Source: Tubulanus polymorphus
Lineage: Eukaryota; Animalia; Nemertea
Direction: 5' to 3'
Assembly: GCF_964204645.1 (NCBI RefSeq)
Contig: NC_134034.1
Location: forward strand, 9,994,962 to 10,058,961
DNA: 64,000 nt
In this document: positions 1-20,174 of the stretch, piece by piece
Numbering within the stretch: position 1 is the stretch's first letter
Layout: every line of letters begins with the position of its first letter
Notes under the pieces: generated by a model
The model's database searches: none
Seen by the model: only the letters and a program-made list of their open reading frames with translations
Told to the model about the DNA's origin: nothing
Program-made: the position numbers and the translations under genes

Positions 1-748
1 TGTTCTTGTATGGTTTAAACCTAAGTGTATCTCGTATGGTTCAAACCTCAGTGTATCTCGTATGGTTTAAACCTAAGTGTATCTCGTATGGTTTAAATCT
101 AAGTGTATCTCGTATGGTTTAAATCTAAGTGTAACTCGTATGGTTGAAACCTAAGTGTATCTCGTATGGTTTAAATCTAAGTGTATCTCGTATGGTTTGA
201 ATCTAAGTGTATCTCGTATGGTTTGAATCTAAGTGTATCTCGTATGGTTTAAATCTAAGTTGTTCTTGTATGGTTTAAACCTAAGCGTATCTCGTATGGT
301 TCAAACCTCAGTGTATCTCGTATGGTTTAAACCTAAGTGTATCTCGTATGGTTCAAACCTCAGTGTATCTCGTATGGTTTAAACCTAAGTGTATCTCGTA
401 TGGTTTAAATCTAAGTGTATCTCGTATGGTTTAAATCTAAGTGTAACTCGTATGGTTGAAACCTAAGTGTATCTCGTATGGTTGAAACCTAAGTGTATCT
501 CGTATGGTTTAAATCTAAGTGTATCTCGTATGGTTTGAATCTAAGTGTATCTCGTATGGTTTGAATCTAAGTGTATCTCGTATGGTTTAAATCTAAGTTG
601 TTCTTGTATGGTTTAAACCTAAGCGTATCTCGTATGGTTCAAACCTCAGTGTATCTCGTATGGTTTAAACCTAAGTGTATCTCGCATGGTTTAAACCTAA
701 GTGTATCTCGTATGGTTTAAATCTAAGTGTATCTCGTATGGTTTGAAT

Positions 749-8035
<7,287 letters not shown>

Positions 8036-9034
8036 AATTGAATATATGATATATTCTATTACGAAAATCACGCAGAATCGTTCAAACTAATCTCTCTAAT
8101 TGTGTCCCTCGCGAATTGGGAGTAACGTTCGGAACATGCGCGCTCTACCCGTTTCAACTTCACTCCGTGACGAGGTTTCAACTTTTGAGAAAATCATCAT
8201 TCAAATTCGTCGATTTTCGATTTTCAGTTTACAAAGATAACAAATCGCGAAAGAATAAACAAACTAGTAACTATTAACGACGATAACTAGTTGAATGTAC
8301 GAGTCGATCTAATCCGAAAATTTTCAATTAAGTTTTTACATGTATTATTAAAATGGAATTGGTTCTATGTCGAGAGTTTATGCGAAATTCAAATCGATTC
8401 CTATCGTTTCCCATGAGATACGCCGTGCATATAAAGTTGTCCCCAAGAGAAGCCGAAAAAATTTCGTCCTGGAAAAATGTTATTATGTATTTTCAAAACC
8501 CTGGTTCGTTGTCGGCAGGTGTAACTGATGGATCTGTATGGGAAACGCCTGCAATTAGCATAACACCAAATCAAATAACTTAGAGGAACAATCGAATTAA
8601 GCTTTCAGTTTATTATTTTCCACATGTTGATAACATCGCACAGAGCACAGAAAATACAACAAAATGAAATAACGAAAAAAAAACGACGATAAAATACAGT
8701 AAAGGGGAATCGAAACCCGATATGTGATTAAAAAGGAAAAATACAACAGTCTCGTGGTGTTATATCATTAGGTAAACGATTTGATACATTTTTTAATGAA
8801 TATATGATATAATATGATTTATTTTTCACTTAAAGATAACAATAAAATATGAAATGCCGAATTAACATCAATAAGCGAGGATGCAGTCACAGAGCCCCCC
8901 ACACAGGCTGTAACGACTGTGTGGACCAAGCCAAGTGGTGACCGTACCCAAAAAACAAAGAAATGATTAGTACCTCACGAGATGGGTGAAATGAGACATA
9001 ACATGTTTATATGAAGATTAGTAATAGAGTATGT

Positions 9035-9308
9035 GGAGCAGTGTGGCTTAGTGGTAGAGTGCTCGCCCCCCAGGTTGTGTGTTCGAACCCCGGCTTTGCT
9101 GTAGTGTCCTTAGGCAAGACATTAATAATTCACAATTGCTACTGGCTGACGACGCCTTGATCGCTCTGCAGCGTATCGGTGTTGCATCTCCCCAGGGAGA
9201 GTAAGAATGTACTGGATTGGTAACAGAAGCTGGGTAATAATTGAATGACAGCGCTTTGAGCATTCTTTGGAAAGGCGCTATATAAGCACTAATTATTATT
9301 ATTATTAT
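9035..9308 (+). mobile_element. tRNA-derived SINE, near full length
   Basis: A box TGGCTTAGTGG, B box GTTCGAACC, core GTGTCCTTAGGCAAGACA, LINE-type 3' end GCGCTTTGAGC...AGGCGCTATATAAG and an (ATT)n tail. Confidence 0.8.
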
Positions 9309-9905
9309 CTTTTTATTAAGTTGCCCATCGAGAATATTAATAAGTATATATTGTAATGAATGAATATAGCGACAGATTGAGCAAATTTTCACCTCCCCAG
9401 CAGAAAAGGTTATATAAGTTATTTTCATCGGAATGTCAACAGAAGTATCTCTAGGTATGAATTCGCTTCTCAGGTCTTGAAAAAGGGACTAACAGAAAAT
9501 GGAATCCGTCTTCGAAGTTGCCGCCATATTGCATTTGCGACGGATTCCATGGTTTCGCTAGATCCGGCGACATCTAGCTAATTCAGTTGGTAATAAAACC
9601 CTCCTTTTCTCCGACTGTCAATATTGTTCAATCAAGTTGGAATCACACCGAGTCGACAGTTTTAATATGAAATATAGCTGCAAAGCAGCGTCAACGGGTT
9701 TCTGCTTTGCTGGTTTAAATGTAGCCGCACTGGGAAGCGCACAAAGTTTTCACCAAATAATTCTTATCAGTTTATAACATGCGACTATTTTGAAGGAGCG
9801 CGACACATGTCCTGGATATCCACAGGGCTACCACGTAAAAAGTGCCGATGTACCTTGTTTGGTGCTTTCATAGTTCCGTTGGGAGTTGCATGAACTAATC
9901 GTACC

Positions 9906-9973
9906 CGACGTTTCGATCTCACCCTAGAGATCATCATCGTGTGTCAGATCTCTAGGGTGAGATCGAAACGTCG
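9906..9973. repeat. Perfect 27-bp inverted repeat with 14-nt spacer; arms resemble a Penelope-type terminus
   Basis: CGACGTTTCGATCTCACCCTAGAGATC at 9906-9932 is the exact reverse complement of 9947-9973. Confidence 0.85.
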
Positions 9974-11928
9974 TGTATTTTATATATTTTAGATTGTACG
10001 AAAATATAAATTTCGAGTTTACAAAAGTATTTTGTTTCCAACACGTTAACCGCAGCGCTACCGGGTCTATTCGCTGGACAACTCGCAGAGCTCTTATAAT
10101 GTATATTAGAATTCAATGTTGCTTACATATTAGGCTCACGCCTACGTACATTCTTGTTCGCTCTCTGACCTGGTAAAATTCTTTTACGCGATATTAATTC
10201 ATAATAAATTACTATACGCAAATTCGAAATGAGTTATATTTCTCTCGTTTATAATAAGCTGTTAGTAGTCGAATCTGAGAGGGGATAGATTTTATGGAAA
10301 AAATCTGTCTGGAAAGTGGAAAAGGAATAATCACGAGGATTACAATTCGGCTCTGCGAAGCAGCAGAGACCCTAACAAACTGAAACAACGATTAGTTTTC
10401 ATTTTCAAAACATTGACACGGACGAAGCTTCTGTATATATCATCAGTATTGCCGTATAACAGTAGGTGGCGTATGCAGCTCTAGCCGTGCCGTGACGTGT
10501 GTGACAGACATACACGATAAATACAGATGGTGCGACTCGGATGTCAGTTACACGCGCGGGTTAGAGAGGTATATTACCAGTAGAATCTCACTCGGTCGCG
10601 CAGGAGGGCAGTTGAATTAGAAGTATTATCTAGACCATCCGAAGCGCTCGCGCGAATCATTTGTATTGAAGACCCGGGACTTCGGAGCACTCGCAACAGG
10701 TTTGGATCAATCTAAAGTAATATTAATTTAAACGCGTTGACTAATATCATAACTTTCATTTCGATAAATTATGCCGTTATCTATGGATTTGTCTTAAATG
10801 AATTGTGTATATGTTACCCAGAAGTATAAATATCACCTCTGAATACCATTCAGTGCCGACACGGGAAATCAGTCACGTGTAAAGTAACATTTCGACTGAC
10901 ATAGATATTCAACAGAGTTGACAATCATTGAAATAAAGGCTTTCTAAATAACACTGACATGTAGCTTGAACGGTTTGACCAGTTACCAGCTATCTAAGCG
11001 TAGTGATAACCGACGTAATTGAAAATGGTCACACTAGGGGGGTTAGTATATCTTACGTCTAGTTTGGCAGGGTGGGGCATAGGCTTGCGAGTACTCCGCT
11101 AGTACGTATTCAATTCGATGCTCGACGCCACTTGACGAATCTAGTTTTAACCGATTTCCTATGAAACGCACATGTTCTATTAAACGGTTATGTTAGGTTT
11201 AGAGACAGTGGTAAGTGGTACTGCGCGTGAGAGATCGAGTGGGAGGGAGGGAGGGCGTCCTGTGTGCGACTGCGACACCTGCGCTGATAAATACGACACC
11301 TCGCTATATCCATTATCAATGGATTCATACAATAGTCGCATAGTCGCGTCGGATAAATGTTTGCCTCTAGACGAATGAACAATTTTTAAGCTCGTTGTCA
11401 ATTTGGTTTTATATATTTGTTCACGCGTTTAGTTCCCGTGAATTGTTCATAAAACAATCAACGCATCGACAAGCTCATAGAAATATACGTAAAGCCTCAC
11501 TTGAAACAAGGGCGGGGCCAGGTATTTTGGAATGTGGGTAAAAGTAATCACGAAGAGCACCCCCCCCCCAGGGAATAATGCATATTTTTCATTTCTCCGT
11601 AGTAATGAAATCAAGACAAAATGTAAATTTCATGAAACTCTGCGCGCTATTGTATAGGTCACTTATAGTTTTACTATCAGTGAGGTCAGGGTACATGATG
11701 TATTACAGTCTAAGTCCTTTAAACGGTACTCTTGGGACCGATGAAAAACTTTTTGGAATTTGGGGTTACAAATAAAGAATGATATTTTAAGTTTTGAGTA
11801 AGATTGGGGCAAATTTGTTCACTGCAAAATGTTGACACGTTCAGAGAGCAGTGGCAATAAAGAGGCGGGCAGTGTTGGAGGTGGGCCGACTTTTCATTTT
11901 AAAACAGTGGATTGTTCCTTTATTTATT

Positions 11929-12942
11929 TTATCGGTAGCTGATTTCGTTTGATTTGTTATGATTATCCATTACTAACCCACCACGCCTATAATGGTATCG
12001 AAACGGGGAGTTTGATTTTGAAATCGGAAATCGAAGTACAGATGTAGTTCTTTGATCGGCGGTCGAATTTACAGAATTTTTGCTTGAATCGCAGTGAATA
12101 ATCGGGAAATTCGGTTCAATCAAACAAGCTTCCAAACAGTCTGAACGGGCAAGCGACGGATCTCCAATGCATTTATACGTATATATAAAGTCACCGTTTG
12201 TCATTATTGCAAATTATTTATCTATGACAGAAATTTTTCTTGCAGACGCCAGATTATCGATTAGTCACCGGGACTAACAGTTAATCCTCGTATCCACGGC
12301 AACCGGAGCTCACACAGCATCAACCGGTTAATCCAGGGAGTGAGAAGAGACTGGCACCGCCGCCGCCGCCGCGTTGGTTGCTGCAGCAGCAGCAGCAGCT
12401 CTTGACGGTGACGCGCGCTCATCGGCAATGTTTCGGATAATATCAAACTAGATAGATATCGAATCGTGGAATAAAACCCTGTTTTTGTGTGTGCGTTTGA
12501 TTGTGTGGTCGCTATGGAAATGTCAGAATCAACTCATATACTGGAGGGGAATCAGGTCAGTTGATTCAAATTCATTACGATTAATCTGAACGCATTTCAA
12601 ATCGGGATAATATCGCGCAATCCATTTATTATATCCATCCATTAAGAATATCAAATCCAAATTTACTTCAGTATTCTCTGCCCAAGTCGGATCCAATTGA
12701 CTCGGAAATAACCGTTCAAGATCGGATGTTTTTTTGAAATATATAGCATCCAACTCGGATATTTCTCGAGTCGGACACATTTTTACGGTCCCGAAGATCC
12801 GACTCGAGCGGAGTCTATCTGTACTACTAATATCGTCGATATTTTTGACTGATGACTGAAATTGTATCAAAGAAGAACCTCGTCCAGTAGAACCGTGAAT
12901 TGGAGTTGATTCTTTTTTTTCAAAAAGAAAGCGCCCTGTCAT
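11929..12942 (-). pseudogene. Possible decayed intronless orphan ORF (two listed ORFs in one frame joined by a stop-ridden segment)
   Basis: ORFs 12942-12529 and 12204-11929 share a frame; the linker encodes poly-Ala with 8 in-frame stops and no frameshift; AATAAA follows the final stop. No recognisable homology. Confidence 0.35.
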
Positions 12943-13250
12943 TTTTGAGAGATATAGTCAAAATTGGACACTGGATGTGCCCCTGGGATGTGCCCAGTTA
13001 CACGAACGGGGATTAACTTTTAATTAAAATTAAGCAACTAACCCGAATTAGGGGCTAAATCCCCGGGCCCTGTCGTCCTGCTCAGGTAGGGATTTGAACC
13101 AGCTTGTAGGGTGTTAACCGAGTCCCGAGGATGAAACTCGTAGCGAAATTCAGGAGCATTTATCGAGATTTCGCACGTGAAACCATAGTTTGTCAACTAG
13201 AGACAACAAAAGATAGTCACAGCAACTAGCATGTGGCTGGCAGACCTTTC

Positions 13251-13316
13251 TGGAACCACTGCCTGGAACCACTGCCTGGAACCACTGCCTGGAACCACTG
13301 CCTGGAACCACTGCCT
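13251..13316. repeat. 13-bp tandem repeat (TGGAACCACTGCC) x5
   Basis: Direct reading of the sequence. Confidence 0.9.
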
Positions 13317-13644
13317 ACAGCCTATATAGCATTCAGCTTTGTACTCATGTATTGTAGTTAGTTTTCCTAAATCCTGCTCTCATGGTTTTGATTTCTAGAA
13401 CGAGGGCTATACAGTATTGTTTAATCTGACTCGTCAGATGTTTGTAAAATTCAGTCACAGCGTTACATCGAGCTTGCTTGAATAATGCGCTTTCTGATTG
13501 ACGGGTGATGACGTCACCGTTTAAGCGCTGCGCAACTATATATAAACGCATTGGGGCTGTTAGGGCAAGATTTTTTTTTGTACCGTAGCTGAGTTTCGGC
13601 TATATCGGTTTCGAATTCCCGTGGAGTAGGGATGACGTATTCCT

Positions 13645-13950
13645 GGCGTGGAATCCTCACTAACCACAAGTGGAATCCTGCGATTCGATGTTCTACTGCA
13701 CGCTAGCGACACCCGGTGGATCCTCACTTGTCATAAGCGGAATCTTCTTTTGCCACAGCAGTCGATGTCCTACTTCACACTAGTGACACCTGGTGGATCC
13801 TCACTTGCCACAAGTAGAATCCCCTTGTGCGACAGTTGAAATCCTACTGTTCACTAGCGACATCTGGTGGATCATCACTTGCCACAAATGGAATCCTCTA
13901 TTGAAGCAGTAGTCGATGTCCTACTGCATACAGTGACACCTGGTGGACTC
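13645..13950 (+). repeat. Tandem copies (~75 bp) of a dispersed repeat ACTAGCGACACCTGGTGGATCCTCACTTGCCACAAGTGGAATCC
   Basis: About 4 tandem copies here; single copies near 3790, 30190, 38016, 39290, 50830, 53290 and 55985 in either orientation. Confidence 0.8.
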
Positions 13951-16508
13951 AAACCGGAATTTCCAAATGCAATTGTCGGACGGGGAGTCATCATCAGAAT
14001 TCATTGTAAATTAGCTTCGTGAATCAGGACCGAAGGGCTTTAGGAATCATCGTCTGCGGTAAACTGAACTATATGAAAGTCCGAGACAGTGTCAGCTTGT
14101 AGACGATTTTAAGCTTGTCACCCCACGATATAGAAAACGTTCAATCTATGTAGGCAACTGAATGTCTCGAAGGCCGTTGGAATGCCTCTACAGATGATAT
14201 CAATGCTATAAATCTAATATATGTAGAATCTATTGTCAATATACGGATCGATACGTCAAACATCTGCGTTTCATAACTATCGCAGCCCAAGCTGTTCACT
14301 GCTGCGTGCACTCCTCGAGACCTCCTGCATTATTTACTGCTGCTACAGCACAAAATACTCACAGATGTATAGTTATTATAGCACTTGATTGCGCGGCACG
14401 AGATAATTGAATAATCAGTTGATTACAGTAATCACTGTGTAATCAGGTGTAGTTTACTCTCCGGAGCACGACAGCGGGGCCCAAACCATAGGATTCTACC
14501 AACCCCGTAAGTGTCACTATTATGCAGGTATCAATTTGCTATCGGTACACAAATCAGAGCGTAGGCGATATTTTTGGGGGGATGGGGATTATTTTTTTGA
14601 GAATAGTCGAACTGCCATTTGCCACAAAGAGGTGAGTTGTTTTCGAAGAGATAAGACGGTATAGAAAGGCCTGTATCGTCCTTAGTAATGCGGGGAAGGC
14701 ACACGCGATCCCTGTGATACCCCAGGCTACGCCCCAACAACCCCCTCAAATGTCTGTACCCAACCCTAAGATGATCGACAGACTATCGCCACCCTTAACT
14801 GATCGTCAAGACTTGTGTTTTCAGACCCGTGGAATTTCTTTTATTTACCCAGAAAAAGTATAAACTTATTAAATGATAGGATCAATCTCGTTGAAGGCGT
14901 CATCGGAAATAAGTCTCAATACTAGAATCGTCTTTATATGCACCGTTAGAATTATTGTTGTATTTTTACAATAAAATATTGGCAGCCAAGTTGGAAATAC
15001 ATGTACGCAAATTGGGACTCGCGTTATACAATTTGCGTACATGTAATTCCAATTCAATATACTAAGTGTAAGTCGTCATTTGGATAAAAGTCATCAGCAC
15101 ATAATGATTGCGCGTCACAACTAAGTACGTTTTACTGCAGACGTTTTATCGCCGTACGTAGAAAATTAGATCGTGTCCGGGAGATTTCACCCATCAAAAC
15201 GGTAATTGTCTGAGAAGGGAGTAGCTAGATTTGCAGGCAGCGTATTGAAATCTGCATCATAAACTACAAAGACGCTAAGCAAGGTGATAATTTCTAGTTG
15301 GCAGTTCATCTACATATCTAACCTAGCAGAATATTAACCGTCTTCGGCGGGTTGGTCGATTGGAGACATAAGCATATCAGTGTTACAGCAATAAGTAAGA
15401 TAAGTCGAGAACTTTGTCACTGCTAGGCTATAGGCTAGTTCACTAATTTCCCAACAGAGGGAGATATCTTCCAAAACGGCTGATGATGTTTTGTACTTCA
15501 TTTTGTTATAATTTTCTTTTACTAAATCTAATGCCTCCTTGTGATTATTGGAATTTCGAACTATGCTAAAAACCTTGCGAGGGTACTCAAGGCCAAAATA
15601 TTGTCACATCAACATATACACACCGCCCAATAACCATATGATGTCTCCTCCAAAAAAACCTCCAACCAATTTTTAATATCTAGATATACAAAACTTTGTT
15701 GCTGCGACGACGAGATTGCCCGCCTCGATATGATATCATCGCACCATTTTATTGGTTTTGCGTCTATTTTGTACGCACCAGCTCGTCGCGAGTCTTTTAT
15801 GAGTATCTCGGAATAAACACGGGATTCGACAATTATCGGTGTACTTATGATCGTTTGATGGTGCTAGTTAGATCGTGATGTTGGTTCGATACGGTCTAAC
15901 GAGCTGTCGGTTGTGTTCTACGATTTTCAAGCTGTTGTACGAAATTGACATTCGTCTAACTAACACACGAACGAGAAAACTAACTTGAACGTTTATTGAC
16001 ACTTTGAAAATAACACATCATATATTGGTTAATATCGTCGACAATAAATACAATTATATAATATTAAGGATCAACACAGTTATTTTGGATTCGAATATGT
16101 CGATATACAATCGAATTGAATTGGCCGGCAACCAGTCTAACCCCTTTTTATTGATGACGTAGTGCACATCCTCGAGAAAATATTCATCAAAATTTATCAA
16201 AAAAAAGAATAAGAGTCGTGAAATAGAGTTAATTACAAAATCAACGCCAAAATACACAATTTCAATTGTTATTTTGAAACGTGAATTCTATGTTTTAGTA
16301 AATATCTGGCACTTGACAAAGTTATTGTAGATGCTCCATCTGTAAATAGTTTTCAAGTCTCGCCTAGACAAATTCTGGAATACCAAACAATGTGAAGTTA
16401 GTGTAATCACCGAAACGTACTAAAACAAACCGACTTGATAGCCGGGAAATCCCCCTAAAACCAACGTTAGCAACCTAGCATCACAGACCTGTGAAACCTG
16501 CCATAGGC

Positions 16509-16835
16509 CATCTTCACCCGTCAAGGGATTCGAACCCACTACGCTAAAGCTGTTCCCCGAACCCCTTGACCTAACGAGTCGTTGGAGTCGTTACTAGCCG
16601 ACCAGAATCCGGTCGTACCAATCAGAGCGCTTGTAACAAACCGTCAGTAGACTTATGTTGGTTTTCCCGTTAAATTGACCAATCAGCGAACGTTTTACCG
16701 AACAAGGAAGTATTTCGCAAATCGATATATGACGTCATGCGCAACAGCGCCAGTAATGAAATCACGCTTCGTGAGGCCAGGGGGCTGGTGGAAGCGAGTT
16801 CGGGAGTGATACCGGACCCCTGGCAAGCGAGGATG
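16509..16835. mobile_element. 327-bp non-autonomous DNA transposon (MITE), copy A
   Basis: Near-identical to 28762-29088; imperfect TIRs CATCTTCACCCGTCAAGGG / CCCTGGCAAGCGAGGATG; flanks GCCATAGGC / GCCATAGAC (9-bp TSD, one mismatch). Confidence 0.85.
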
Positions 16836-17420
16836 GCCATAGACCAGGCCGGCCTTCGTTATTGGTTGCAATATATACGATACGAATATTGATGACGTTG
16901 TACACGTCGACTCGCACACAACCCCAAACGCAAGCTAGGTATCGTTAACGGTCTTTATATAGGGCGTCAAAAAGAAATCGTGGCTGGCGTCCAATCGCGA
17001 AGTGAAGTCGCGTATTCGCTACAGATTTCAACTGTCTGTCACGCCTCTCCTCCGTACGACGGTCTTTTCGATTCGTTATATCGTCCGTAATCCGTGATGT
17101 TTACTTTAATTACACGTCAATTTGTACCGGAAAGACGTTTTGCATTCACAAATAAACAATGATTTTTCACGTTCGATCGCTGATACACGACGACAACAGC
17201 GAGTTAACAGTAGTACAACGCGCTGAGAAACGTCACAAACAAATTTCAACAAAACATATTGAACCTGATTCGTTCAATCAAAGAATAATAACTGAATATG
17301 TAGTTCTATGATTTGATTCATTGTATCTTTAATAGCTTCAGGAATTCATTATAAAGCATTTGCGAAACTGGACCCCTAGTACGCTATAGTTCGTTGGACG
17401 CCAAGGAACCACTTTATTTA

Positions 17421-17873
17421 TCACAGAGAGGGGGACGAGGAATGTTGAATCTTGGAGTAATCATTTGAATAGCGCGAGCGACCTCCATTCAAATGATCAC
17501 TCCAAGGTTGAATCAAGCTTTCAATGAGCATTCGTTTCACATTACTATTATGCATAAACATAGCCCATCCCTGGCCTTTCATCTGAAAACCATACCCCGG
17601 TATGGCGGCATATCCGTTCGGAAGAAAAGCATCACTTCGATCAGCAACAATCAATTTTTTAAATATCTCGTAATCAACAAAAAGCGCTAAAGAAGCGACG
17701 ATTCGCACGAGCAGACGGGAAGCGAACAGAGGTGGCAGCACATGACGGGAGGCCGCCGTACGGGGATTCTGCGGGTTCGATGATCCGTATATGCTATTTA
17801 GTAATTTGATGAGGTCTATTTTGCTCATCGAACCGACATCTATTCGCATTTGATATCTATTCATATTATTCAT
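17421..17873 (-). CDS. Intronless orphan ORF, 150 aa, unknown function
   Basis: ATG-initiated open frame; TATATA about 130 bp upstream (~18000) and AATAAA immediately after the stop (17413-17418); no recognised family. Confidence 0.4.
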   Translation of the reverse strand: MNNMNRYQMRIDVGSMSKIDLIKLLNSIYGSSNPQNPRTAASRHVLPPLFASRLLVRIVASLALFVDYEIFKKLIVADRSDAFLPNGYAAIPGYGFQMKGQGWAMFMHNSNVKRMLIESLIQPWSDHLNGGRSRYSNDYSKIQHSSSPSL

Positions 17874-18439
17874 GGGTTCACGCGATATTTCAATAATCGC
17901 CTGTCAAAAACTATTTTTCTTTACTCGAGATTGAAGCTCTTTTGGCCCCCTGAAAAGACGAGTTATTTCGTCACATCACTTCTGCAAGCCGCGCCATGCA
18001 TATATAGCCGAATGAAACTGCAATGAAAATTATACACCTGAATTTGAAAATCAGTTGCCGTTAGCAACGTACGTAACGATTGCCTATACGGTGATTAAGG
18101 GTGTGGAGTTTCCGGTATAGTTCTCTTTTTTACGTGTTCGATGTATCTGAGCTAAAGTGTCTTTACACATCTAAAAATATATACATATACGCGACGCGAT
18201 GAAATAAAATGGTTTCCTGATAATCGGAGAGAATACTAAATGACTGTTTGTTTGTATATATACATATGTACTTAGAGACGGCCGCGTAACTCCCCAGGGA
18301 TCTGTTTGAATATTAATGAGATGATTAAATATGGAATAATTAATCTAGTCTCGGGGGAATCTTACAGAATGCTCTCATTGGTAGTCGGTGTATCTACTGT
18401 TTACTATCAACGGCGGTATTACAATGATTAGCGTCTGGT

Positions 18440-18690
18440 GCGGGTGCTTGTAAAATACCCTCAAATACGCAGCTCCACAAAGTCTCGTCGGCCTTGTAAA
18501 TACCCCCAATATACGGACCCAGAGGGTCTTGTGGGTCTTGTAAAATACCCCTAAAATACGCAGCTCCACAAGGTCTTGCGGGGCTTGTGAAATACCCCCA
18601 ATATGCGGATCCAGAGGGTCTTGTGGGCCTTATGAAATACCTTCAATTATGCGGATCCAGAGGTCTTGTGGGCCTTGTAAAATACCTTCA
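18440..18690. repeat. ~44-bp degenerate tandem repeat (CTTGTAAAATACCCC...GGTCTTGTGGGC), about 6 copies
   Basis: Recurring TTGTAAAATACC anchors. Confidence 0.8.
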
Positions 18691-20174
18691 AACTGAGTTA
18701 CCCTTATATATTATACAATATACAGCCAAAGGCTAATGAATATAGTGGGTTGCTGAATGAACTCTTAGTTCTTTACTGCCTTATCATTATATGAAATCTA
18801 ATAAACTCCTCTTGCATGATTGATAGGATAAGGGCAGATTTTCTACTTGGAAATGACGTGAAATGCATCTGACCCATCTACGAATTCCAAAAAGTGACAT
18901 ATCTCATAATATGCCTTTTCGGAGACGAAGAATGCCCTTATATAACATATTATAGTAGGATAATGATATGCATTTCATAAAAAATGTGTTACTCAAAAGT
19001 TGGTCGAGGATCCACCGTATGCTTCGATGAATCTAAGTGCTCCCCGGACGCTTTCTCATTTAAGTTGTGCCGAATTCGTAAATTTGAAAATCAACCTCTC
19101 AGAAAATTTTGACTCCCGTTATCTTATTATTTTTCAAAATATCCTCATTTTCCTCGCCGTTTCCACTCTCACATTCTGTGTCATCATCAGCTCTGCTCAA
19201 TCCGAAGATAACCGTTCCTTCCCTACACAACATAGCGAAAAGAAATATATGAATAATTCATAAACTGTGTATGTCGTATGTTTAGCAGTCTCACAGCGTG
19301 TAGAAAATACCCACTCGCGGTGTGAAACAAATCCGCAAAATAAGCTTTGTTCCGAAATCAATCGTCGAAGACATTGATAGCAGAATAGAAACAAAAATAA
19401 GCTGATAAATCTTTTTGTCAATAATGCACGTATAGAAGATGCTAAGTAAATGCACCTTCTTTCAACGTCTCCAGGGCAACTGCCAATAAGTAGTACCTTA
19501 TCTCAGTCTTATGCCTCAAGGGCACGCGGAGCATGCGCTTTTTCCAATGCCAACAATGAGCTTATTAATAATAGAAAAAAATAATTTGTAGAAACATTCG
19601 AACTGAAACATTTGTGAAACAAGAGCTGTTATCAAATCACTATTGTGGGGTTCTTTCATGCTATTTCTCCTTTCCTCAAGTGCCTGGAAACTGAACTGCA
19701 AAATGCACTGATATATCAAAATGTCGCAGAACCCTGTTTCGGCTTCACGCTTGGTGTATACGTCGATATACGTACTTGCCCTTTTCATTTCTTCGCGCCG
19801 CTGACAACGTCTGTCGCTGGAACCACTCCTGAACTTTTGCTTTAGAGATGAACTTCATTACCCTCGACTCGTTAAGCTTGAATTCAATTCAATCGCTATT
19901 AGAAGTAATTGACGATGTATCGACCAAATGGAGCCGATCGCAACGAGAAGTCAACGAATCTCCGTTGAGATTTGAACCCGGCGCTCGAGTCCGCCAATTT
20001 CTATTTACATAAATGAGTTTGGCGTGCTCCCCCCACGGCCGCACGCGACCGCAGTCCGTCATCGAGACAAACTTTCAATCAGAAAGTTATATCTGTTTAT
20101 ACTTAAAAGTGCATTGATGTCGATATGAGAAGTCTTGTTGCTTAAGTCGAGAGCGGTGGCTGTTGTGATAAACT

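Noticed and set aside
9035-9110. tRNA gene (A and B boxes present)
   Set aside because: No complete cloverleaf; it continues into a SINE core and (ATT)n tail.
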